Source of the DNA: Salpingoeca rosetta
Taxonomy: Eukaryota > Protista > Choanoflagellata
Direction of reading: 5' to 3'
DNA length: 52,960 bases
Assembly (NCBI GenBank): GCA_033442325.1
Contig: JAWQFM010000026.1
Span: 740,228 to 793,187 of the forward strand
This document shows, piece by piece, positions 1 through 21,242 of the stretch; position 1 is the stretch's first letter, and each line of letters begins with the position of its first letter. The translations under genes were made by a program, and so were the position numbers. Below the pieces are notes generated by a model. The model did not search any database. It saw only the letters and a list, made by a program, of their open reading frames with translations, and was not told the DNA's origin.

Positions 1-310
<310 letters not shown>

Positions 311-421
311 GGACCTTGTTTCCTTATTTGCGGATGTGATGGCATTGCTGACCCAAGTCCTCGCACCACCACCACCACCCTGAATCTCACCACCACAATG
401 ACTTTGTGCCATCGGCTGCAG

Positions 422-10980
<10,559 letters not shown>

Positions 10981-11643
10981 CGCCAACATCGCTTGTCGTC
11001 TTGCCCGCGCAAGTAGATGTGGTGGATGAGTGAACATAGACGTTGCATGTCCCTGCTTGATGTGTGCTTTTTCTTGCTTGCTTGGATTGCTTGCTGTGGT
11101 TTCTTGATAGTGCATGCTTCTTCTCTTCTTTCATCATATGCCTGCCCCCCCCCGTGTTCTTTTTGCCCTTTTGTTCTTCATTTCGCTTGAGTGGGGTGGT
11201 TTCATCTTTGAGTACGTTGACCGTCCCTTCCGTAAGTACATGACCTGATTCCCGCCCATTGATTTGCCAACCACAAGCAAGACATGTGAGATGTGTGACG
11301 ACTGTTGAGCCAGTGTTGAGCCACAGCCGTCACAACCACAACCACAACACACCTTGCTCGTTGCCATTGTAGAAAGTTGGTGGATAATTTACATCAGTCA
11401 TCGACCGCTGATGGCAAACCCGGCAAGCACCACCACCACATTGATTGAACGTTGTGGATTGGTGTGACATTGACCACAACCACTAGCAGCAGCAGTAGCA
11501 GCAGTAGCAGTCGCAAGGACGAAGGCTTTTTTTATCTCTGCCTTCCCCCCCCCCTCTTCTTCTGTGGAAGTGCATCTCTGTGTTTCTTCATTGCCCTTCT
11601 TTCTTGCCGTCCTTCTTTGTTTCTGTTCATTGTTGTTGCCATC

Positions 11644-12707
11644 ATGGGCATGAAGCGCATGGTGGCGGTGCTGGTGGCGGCCGTGACGGCCGTGGCCATG
11701 GTGGGCGTGCTGGTGGCGACGCACTGGTCGCACGCCGTGCCGCCGTCGGTGGCTGCGCAGGGCGGCTACGCCGTGCACAACGGCCAGGTGCTGCCAGGTG
11801 TGCGGGGGAAGCGCGTGCAGGTGGTGGACGCCCAGGGCGTCGTGGACGTGATGAACCAGCTCGTTGGAGAGATGAACCAGCGCATCGAGGTGCTTCAGAG
11901 CGAGATCGACACCCTGGCCCAGCGGCAGGAAGTGCTCATCCAGGCCAACGCCGATGTGTCCGAGGTCAGTGCAGCCCCTGGTGGTCACGCTGGAAATCAG
12001 CAGCAACAGCAACAACAACCGCATGCACAACACATGGAACCACATCACCAACAACAGCAGCACGAGCAGCAACGGCGAGATGCTGGTCAACAACAAGCGC
12101 CACAAGCGCCGCCACAGCAACATCAGAAGTCGCTCAACATGGATGTGAGCGCGCTGCGGCAGCGTGCGGCAGCAATGAACCGTGCGCAGACGATCCAGAA
12201 CCCAGCGATATGCAAGCAGCACTTGCTGAACAACAACGACGATCTCGTTGTGTTTGTTGTCATGGCCCACAACCGTCTCAACTACTTTGAGGCCCTGCTG
12301 CAGTCCATGCGGGCTGTGCGCTACATCGAGGACGCCGTGCTTGTGGTGAGCCAGGACATGTTCAGCTCGGAGCAGGACGCACTGCTGGACAGCATCGACT
12401 TTATGTGCGTGATCCGCGTCTTCTACCCGGGCTCCTTACAGCTGAACCCGGACCAGTTTCCCGGCACAGATCCAAACGACTGCCCACGTGACATTTCCAA
12501 GGAGGAGGCGCTGCGGATTGGCTGCAACAACGCCCGCAACCCAGACCAGTATCACCACTACAGGTGTGGGATTTGTGCTGCTGTGTTGTGTTGTGTTGCG
12601 TGCGTGTGTGTAAACGAGTGGATGCAAGAGTGTAGTCTCGCTGCTTGCCCTGCACGCATGCACCCGCTGATTTCATCAATGCAATTGCGGCCGCTTGCCT
12701 CTCCTGA

Positions 12708-12782
<75 letters not shown>

Positions 12783-13232
12783 GGAGGCGCAGTTTACGGT
12801 GATCAAGCACCACTGGTGGTGGAAGCTCAACTTTGTCTTCGACCACGTACGTGCGATCACGCAATGCTGTGATAATGTAGCAGTGGTGATGTGGCGGTTT
12901 GGTGATGATGGTGAACGGCGTGTCGACGCTGACCGAACAGTTGAAGTGCTCTCCTGCGTCCTACGTGCTCCTTTTTCACGGCATTGTTTACACACACACA
13001 CACGCGCACACTCACTCACACACACACGCACACTCACTCACTCACTCACTCACTAACACCTCCAACAGATGCCTGTGCTGAAGAATCACAACGGATTGAA
13101 AGTCCTTCTTGAAGAGGACCACTATCTTGCACCAGACACAATTCACATGCTGTTGAAGACGTGGCGCGTTGCTCAAGAACAGAAGCACACCTCAGACATC
13201 ATCGTCCTAGGTATTCGGGGAGAGAGTTGTGC

Positions 13233-13312
<80 letters not shown>

Positions 13313-13644
13313 TCGCACATGTATGTACATGTGTATCAATCAAGTTCTCTCTCAATCTCAATATCTTGTCCCTGTGTCTCTTCGACATCGTGCTGTGCCT
13401 ACTTTGTGCTTTTCTCTTCCTTCTGTTCCCTCTTCTCTACCTTGCCCTCCCCACCCCGCCTGTTTTCCTCTTATCATGTCCACAGGCGACTATGACGCTG
13501 GTCACGGTGCGTTTGCCGGTAACGTCGTGCACCGCCAGCCGTGGGTGTCCACGAAACACAACATGGGCATGGCACTCTCACGCCAGCTCTTTGACAAGAT
13601 CAAGCAATGTGCACGCATGTTCTGCGAGTTTGACGACTACAACT

Positions 13645-13703
<59 letters not shown>

Positions 13704-13934
13704 ATTGCATCCGCTTTGCTTGATGTCCGCGCCTCGCTACACTCTTCGTTGTCACTCATCTTCTCCTTCAACTTCATGCCTGCTGTCGACTTCACTCACG
13801 TCGCAGGGATTGGTCACTCTTCGTAAGTGGGCGTCGGCTCTGAATCTCCAAGACATTTAACCGCATTTTTCTTTTCAGTGCATTCGCTCTCACGAAATTA
13901 CACGTGGCTTGCACGCATGTACTTGCTAATTGCG

Positions 13935-13993
<59 letters not shown>

Positions 13994-14738
13994 ACACACA
14001 CACAGGCGGTGTCTGCTCGCGGCTGCATCGATCAGATGGCCATCCATGCGCTTGGTGAGGACATACATGTGCCCCGTGTACACACACACGCACGCGCACA
14101 CATACATAAACACACGCACACTTGCCTCTCGTGCTGTCTTTAATCGTGTGCACACACTCCTTTGCTTATTTGCGCAACACACACACGTGGCTGTGCAGTG
14201 ATGGCTGGTCAGCGGATTCAGCACCTGGGCGTGTGCGGCGTCCACAGTGCCGGCAAGGACTGCTCTGGCACAGATGCCATTGAACGTCAGTGATGCTGAT
14301 GATGATGATGATGACGATGATGATGATGATGATGATGACAATGTCGCTGTTGGTTGCAGTGGTGTCAGTGATCGCATGAGTGCAGTGCCATGCCAACAGT
14401 TGCAGGAGTCCACCCCACACCCAAACGTGCTTGTATTGTAGTTCAGCCTCGCCCCTCCACTTCTTGTCACCACTCACGCGCACATGCACTTCTTCTCTGA
14501 CTCCCCTTACTTCACAATCCCGCCCTTTCATGTCCTCCCTTTACTCTCAGGTGCAAAGCGGTTCAACGCGGCAAATGCTGCGCAAATGTTCCCACAATCA
14601 TTGCAGGTCGTGACAAAGACAGGACAGGCGCCGTTTGTGCGTGCAGGTTATGGGGGCTGGGGTGACCCGAGAGATGTGAACCTGTGCTTGTCGTTTGCGG
14701 GCATTGATACGGGTGACAGCAACACCAACCTCTTCTAG
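11644..14738 (+). CDS. MGAT2: Alpha-1,6-mannosyl-glycoprotein beta-1,2-N-acetylglucosaminyltransferase (GnT-II, GT16)
   Basis: Type II signal anchor and stem. Motifs VMAHNRLNYF, FPGTDPNDCPRD, HYREAQF..KHHWWWKLNFVF, LLEEDHYLAPD, KHNMGMAL, FCEFDDYNWDWSL, HLGVCGVH, GGWGDPRD..LC. Phase-consistent exons: 11644-12563, 12783-12846, 13069-13210, 13486-13645, 13807-13822, 14006-14054, 14199-14285, 14551-14738. Confidence 0.96.
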
Positions 14739-15180
14739 ACAGGAAACTGCCCGCCACAGACAGGCACCAACTATGTGACATGACCCCATCGTAACCACAA
14801 TACGAACATGGGATCATGCATGCGTGTGTGCGTGTGCTGTGCGTGTTTGTGTGTGCTATGTGTGGTTGTGTTTACGTGTGCTGTGTGTTTGTGTGTGCTG
14901 TGCGCGCACGTGTGTGGGTCGCAAGCTGTGTTCTGTTGGGGCGTGTGTGTTTCTGACCTGTGATACCTGTCATGAGCGTGTTTGTTCCAGTACTGTTGTC
15001 AGTTCCTTCGAGCTTTGTTTGTTTGTTTATATGCAACCTCTTGGGTTCACGAAAAGAAGACCGTAGCATACAACCGAGCAAGATCAACAGAGTGAAAACG
15101 CCAAGCCCCGTCAGTGAGCACCACCAACACCACCACCATAACACGAACTTGTGCATGCAGGCAATGCTGTTCATAATTAA

Positions 15181-17238
15181 CTACGTTGGGCACGCGTCGT
15201 GGCGTGAGAGATGAAGCGGAAACTTGACCACACCGCCACCACCGCCAGCGCCACGATCGCCGGGCGTCAGTTCCACCATCAGCCGCACGCGCCCTTTTTT
15301 TGCAGCACTGAGCGAGCACTCATCGCAACGCACGCGGAACGACGACCACATGCGTTCGTGCCCAGCCAGCAGCGTGCTGAACAAATGCATCGTGTGCGTT
15401 GGCTGCTGCGCACTGTCTGCAATGGCATGCGTGACGATAAGGGTGTTGTTGTCACTGGCATGCCGGTGCAACGTGCACGAGCTGCTGCTGCTGCTGCTGC
15501 TGCTGCCAGCACCATCAAAGCTGCCCTTGCCTGCTGGCTCTGTCCGCACTCCAATGTCTGCATCCACCGCAATCGCAGGGGCCACCATGAGTTTGTGCCC
15601 GGCCATCGTTGATGCCGTGGGTGGCACCGCCGCTTGCGGTGTTGGCGTTGGGTCCCAGGGGAATGTGCTGCGAAACTGCTGCTCCACTGTGCCTGAGACG
15701 GGCGCCGAGCCGGTGCTTGCAAGCATCGCCATGTCGATGAGAATCAGCGTGTCGGGAAATGGCAGAAACGCCACGCGCACGCTGCACTGCAGGTTTGGAT
15801 GGCGACCCATGTGCGTTGGCGTTGTTACAGCAACAACCAGCGCCTGAGACGCAAACGCAGACGAATACAACAGCCGCGGGTGTGCTGGTGGTATTGGCAC
15901 GGTTGCATCTGTCTCATCTGCTCCTGCACCTGCAGCTCCTTCTGCTTCTTCCATCAACATTGCCCGCACACCGCGCCAGTCGCCCGCCGCCGGCCCCAAA
16001 TGCTCGTACAAATCCGTGTCCAGAACTGGCACCAAGTCATCATTGCCCGCGCACATGTGAAACGCTGCTGCTTCATCCTCGTCTCGCTCCACATCCACAG
16101 GCTGTTCAACCGGCTCCTGCGGCAGTGGTGGTGATGGAGACCGCACAAGCATGACATTGCCCGTGACACCCCGTGGTGCAATGATGAACGGCGCTCCTCC
16201 GGGCGAAAACACAAACGACCCTGAAACATGGGAGCGTGGTTGCGCGTTGATGGCGGGTTGTGTGTTGGTGGAGGTAAGTGGGACAGGGGGGCAACAAACA
16301 GAACGGTGAAAGCTAGAACACTTATTCTCCACAGGGTGCGGTGATAAGGGCATACGGTGGTCTCAGCACTCATGTGCCTTTGTCGTCTCGGCTCACCTTC
16401 TTGGTGTGCGGTGGAGTGGATGAGAGAGACGAGGTCAGGGATCATGTGTGCGTATGCGCTGTTGGCGATCGTGCGAGCGATAGCAGCAACGTCGCCAGAG
16501 GGAAACCCAGCTGTGTTGAAGATGAAGGGACAGGAGTAAGAGGGTGAGTGTAGATTGAACTTGGGGGAGTGGCTGGTGTTGTTATTGGTGGTATGTTGCG
16601 TTGTGTTGCGTTGTGGTGCAATGTGTTGTGGTGTGGTGTGGTGCGCTGTGGTGTGTTGTGTTGTGTTGTAGTGTGTGAATCCAAATATCAACAAAGCGCA
16701 ATAAGCGTAGCGGCCGCTCACATCGCATGGCAAACAGGGAGGGTGCGGTGTTGTCTTGTGCTTGCAGGCTCAACACGGTCAGGCCTTGGTGGTGAAAGCG
16801 ACGAACCCTGCCAATGCATGTGTATGTACGTATTTGTGTGGGGATCGGTGCAGATTGGTGCAGTCACACAGTCACGCAGTCACACAGTCACGCGGTCACA
16901 CAGTCACGCAGTCACGCAGTCACGCAGTCACACAGTCACGCAGTCACAAGCTGGCACGCCCAGGCACTTCTGCACTTGCTTGCGTGCAGGCACGCAAGTT
17001 CATCATACCAGGCGTTGCGAGTGACGGAAAAGGGGGTGATGGACGGCTGCTGTGGGTCAAAGGAGGCGAGCTCCATCAACAGCGAGAACATGCACACGTT
17101 ATCGGCGCTGCCTTTGCCCTCGTGACGTGATTCAAACTGCATGCTGGCGTCCCCTTCACCATGAGAGCTGTCAAGCCCAAGCTCAGCCTCTGATACGCGG
17201 TCTGCAGTGTGCACGTGCATGAGAGAGTGTGTATGTGT

Positions 17239-17302
<64 letters not shown>

Positions 17303-18857
17303 GTGTGCGTGCGTGCATATCGGTGTGAGTGAGTGGGAGAGTCGAGATGTGTGCGCAAGGAAAGAAACACACAGCTCGCAGCTCAACGTGCAAGGCAACC
17401 TGCAACATGCCATCTGTGCATCTGCCGCACACAAGCAGTCCCATCCCCTTCCCTTGCATCATCTCTCCCACCCTCAATACACAAACACACAACACCATAC
17501 CTGCAAGCCAGGTTGCCTCGCCGTTGCGAAGGAGGTGCGTGTCAATGAAGCGGAGGTGGGCCGCGGGGCTGCAGGCCAAGTGCGTCACACACGTTTGGCC
17601 AAGGGGCAGGGAGGGCGGTGCCTCGCTGTTGCTGTCCCGAGAGCGTGCAGTGTTCCTTCTCAAGTGGGGCCAGACGGTGGCCTCAATGTACTGCAAATGT
17701 GCTTTGACCCACGCCATGGGGAGCGTGGCCAGCTTTGGCGCAAGCACGCTGCGCTGGGCCATAAGCATGGCCTCGAAGAAGCACTGGGAGAGCAGGAGGG
17801 TGCGACCGAGCCCGCCATCCAGGCTCCCATCGCGCATGTGGTCGTTGAGCAGCAGCAGGCCCGTGCGGAGGTGGGACCACGCGTCTCGCACCCACGTCTC
17901 GGCAGCTGCAAGCGCATCCATAGAGAGCAGGGAAGCTGATACGCGGGCAGACACCGCGGCGTGGTTGTGGCGCACATGGGTGAGGAAGAGGGAGCCGGCA
18001 AAGATGGCCTCGTTTGTCGCCACCCAGGCCGGATCCAGAGACAGCGACACGGACTGCAGGCACTGGCGCGCTCGCAGCAGGCTGGCAACGTCTCGCAGCA
18101 CATGCTCAGCGATGAAGGCCTGCTCGTGGGGGGCGCACGCTTCGAAGATGAGGTCCGCTGTGAGCACGACGTTCAGCACTGCACGGGCTGCGCGAACTGC
18201 AGCAAGTACGTGATGACACGGCTCCTCGCACGTTTCCTCGGAGGTGCACAGGCACGCACCATCGTTACTAGCGCGATCGCCCCACTGCCGCTGGCGCAAG
18301 CCCAGCTCCACGATGGCGGCGAACCGCCCGCCTGTTACCGCAGCATGCGCGGAGCAATGCGGGTCCTGCTGTGCACCGTCACCGCCACCAAACAGCACGC
18401 CATCTTCCCCAGCGCCACCACCACCGGCGACACCACCGCCATGGTCGTGGTGGCCTTGTTGTTCCGTTGTCCAGTGGGCGTCAAGCACCTGGATCAACGC
18501 AGAGATGGCGTCCGTGTCGGTGGTGGGCCGCCGGATGCGTGCTGTCAGCGCTTGCAGCGGCCACATGTCTGTGGGCTCCACAACCTGCGGTGGTGCGCTT
18601 GGTGCAAGCCAATGGTGCAGGTTGAGGCTGCGGTGCTGCTGCCAGTTGTGCGTGCGTGCAAGCAACGCCGCCAGCTTGCGTGCAGGCAAGGACGACGATG
18701 ACCCTGACGCGCCGCTGCTGACACCATCCTGCCTCAGCTCCCCCAGCGTCTGCTCATCAAACAACAACAGTGGCAGCCGCTCTGCGGCGCACAGCCGAAC
18801 CAAGAGGAAGAGCAGGAGGAAGACAAGGAAGGGAAGAGGGTACGTGGTCATCATCAT
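15181..18857 (-). CDS. Secreted/luminal ~929-aa protein of the dermatan-sulfate epimerase (DSE/DSEL; heparinase II-like fold) family, divergent
   Basis: Exons 18857-17501, 17201-17009, 16807-16722, 16510-16397, 16220-15181 (2790 nt, all GT-AG, phases consistent). Signal peptide MMMTTYPLPFLVFLLLFLLVRLCAA. Collinear blocks resembling recalled human DSE: PLLLFDEQTLGEL~PMLYFSRAEVAEL; AIFAGSLFL~ALLTGSLVL; RDGSLDGG~TDGSLYEG; WVKAHLQYIEATVWP~WLKQHFAFMYRTILP; HLRFIDTHLLRNGEATWLADRV~[28 protein letters not shown]~LSFKSG; SFVFSPGGAPFI~SFTFAPNGVPFI; FPDTLILID~HPQLLLLVD. Confidence 0.78.
16861..16947. repeat. Intronic 8-bp tandem repeat (CAGTCACR)n
   Basis: About 11 copies of cagtcaca/cagtcacg. Confidence 0.85.
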
Positions 18858-19040
18858 CGTTGGTTGGTCGTGTGTGTGTGTGGTTTGTATGCTCTTCTTC
18901 TTCTTCTTGCTGTCCTTTCTTTCCCCACCACTCATTGTTGTGCCTTCTTCTTCTTCGTGCCCATTCACACACCAACAACAACAACAACAACAACAACAGC
19001 AGTCAATACACAACAAGCACAAGACACACGCACTCTCTCC
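18858..19040. promoter_or_regulatory. Probable bidirectional promoter between the DSE-like and sulfotransferase genes
   Basis: Only ~183 bp between divergent start codons; contains (CTT)n and (CAA)n tracts. Promoter function is inferred. Confidence 0.5.
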
Positions 19041-20073
19041 ATGATGACAACACGAGAAGCGTGGCTCGGGTGTGTGCGGCGGTCCTGCGCCCGTCGGCGG
19101 CTGGTCGTGCTTGTGGCGGTGGTGTTGGGGGTGACGGCGACGGCGATGCCACGGAGCGAAGCGCAGGCAATGAACGTGCATGCCTGCACGCAACAGTTTG
19201 TGTTGTCAGTGTCCACGGGAAGGACAGGGAGCACGCTGCACATGCAGGCGCTGAGCGCATTCCAATCCACGTTTGCCATCCCGGAGCCATTCCGCTACTG
19301 GCGACAGCACCCAGAGGCAACGGACTCGCCATCCTACATGGATCTCTTCAGCTGCAACTTCCTCAAGCACGACGGGCTCACACGGCGGGTGCGTTGGGGG
19401 AGGGGAGGGGGGTTGGAGGGGTGAGGTGAAGTGTCTGTGTGTCTGTATGTGTTTGGGGGGTGAAAGGGGTTGCTTGCTTGTGCCTCTGTGGCCGTCTGTG
19501 TGTGTGTGTGTGTGTGTGTCTGTTTGTGTTTGTGTGTATGCGTGTGTGTGTGTGTGTCCCTCTGTCTGTGCGTCTATTTGTGTGTCTGTCCATCTGCCCG
19601 TGTCTGTGTGTCCCTGTGTGTTTGTTGCTGCTCACATCATGAGAGAACCTGTGACTGCGTCTGTGATGAGCTTGCCATGCCACTCACAAGTGCCCTTGTA
19701 TGCTGATGTTGCGTTGCCATCTGCGTTGAAAGGTGTTCTGGGTGTATGCGTGCTCGAATAACCGTGTCATCGCCCACGACAAGGAGCTGCTCAAGCGCTG
19801 CAAGCGAAGCGAGTTGACGGCGGCTGACCGCGCACTCCTCTTTGATGTGTGCGCCCGCGCGTGTGTCAAGATTGTCAAGACCATCCGCTTCACATCCTTC
19901 CCACTCACAGACGACGATGCACAGCAGCTGCAGCTCCTCGGCCACCTCCACATGGTCCACCTCGTCAGGCAGTACGTTTCTGTTGGGGAGGATGGAAAGA
20001 AGGGATTGCTGAAGGGAACCGGAAGAGGAGGGAACCCTTGTGTGCGTGTCTCTGTGTGTGTGTGTGCGTGTCT

Positions 20074-20150
<77 letters not shown>

Positions 20151-20941
20151 TGGGTCTGTGTGTGCGTGGGTATGTGTGTGTTGTGTGTGTGTGTGTGTGT
20201 GTCTGGGTCTGGGTCTGTCTGTCTGCCCATCTGTCTGTCTGTCTGTTTGTGTCTGCGTACTTCTCTGTCTGTCTCTCCGTCTGTCCGCCTGCCCTATGTG
20301 AACGTGTCTGTGTCTGTGAAACAGCTCGTTGTCGCCTTAATGCCCCCTGAAATTCATACACATGCACACACATACACACACACACACATGCACACACATG
20401 CACACACATACACACACATGCACACATGCACACAATTCCCTCCCCCTCCCCCCCCCCAAATCACACACATACACCCGACCCACCACCGGTTCTCGCTAGG
20501 CCGTGGAACGCTGTGGTGTCCAAGCACAAGAGCGGGTGGAGGTACGATCCAACGGAGGAAGGCATCGGTGGCGCATTGAGATCAGAGTGCAAGAACATGC
20601 TGCAGACAACGGAGATTGCACACGGCATTGCCGCCCCACCCATGCTCACGCTGTGGCACGAGGACCTGGTCAGCAACATGACTGCGTCACTCACCTTCAT
20701 CTTGGGCCAGCTGCGCTGGAACAAGAACGTCATCGATCACACCGCGCCCGCGCTAGCCAACCACCTCAGCAAGCACGAGTTTGCCGCCTTGCACCGCAAG
20801 CACCTCAAGCCACTCAACGTCACTCAGGAGCAGGCGCTCACGTGGATCAAGAACAGGCAGGCCACCCTCAACCAAGCCGACCCTTGCGTTGCTGCGTACA
20901 AGGCATTCAACTACGCATATCCGGAGGAGAGGGTGGGCTGA
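19041..20941 (+). CDS. Golgi-type PAPS-dependent carbohydrate sulfotransferase (CHST Gal/GlcNAc/GalNAc-6-O-ST-like), ~342 aa
   Basis: Exons 19041-19388, 19733-19971, 20500-20941. Basic tail plus TM ([16 protein letters not shown]). 5'-[11 protein letters not shown] followed by F.IPEP; VKTIRF; 3'-PB VHLVRQPWNAVVS (cf. IHLVRDPRAVxxS); LWHEDLV (cf. RYEDL); C-terminal C...KAFNY. Confidence 0.85.
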
Positions 20942-21242
20942 CGCTGACATGTATTGCGTGAACGACCATGTAATTGACAAAACAAGAGTAAACGACACAC
21001 AGCTACAACAGCAGTAACGGAAAGGAACAAACAATGGCATTGCGGTGGTGGTGGGTGGGGGGGGGGGGGGTGGGGTGGGAGAGGGGAGTGCTTGAGACAA
21101 GTAACCGGTGAAGTGAAGGGGACGCTGAAGACGGGGGGAGGGGGATTGGAACAGAACACCAGAAGGAAAAACGTCGTTTCGTGCAATTGTATGCACGTCA
21201 TGAACAAGTGAGCCCACATGCATGCAGGCAAGTGCGCATGTG

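Noticed and set aside
14400-14426. Possible extra in-frame MGAT2 exon (LAGVHPTPK)
   Set aside because: Direct splicing 14285 to 14551 already fits the family spacing, so the extra exon is unsupported.
16356-16396. Extension of DSE-like exon 4 to the GTATGC donor (RHMSAETT)
   Set aside because: Wrong phase for the next exon; the GAAG|GTGAGC donor at 16397 keeps the frame.
17229-19044. Long plus-strand ORFs overlapping the DSE-like exon 1 (similar cases at 39891-41388 and 11398-12270)
   Set aside because: Antisense shadows of GC-rich coding exons with no motifs of their own.
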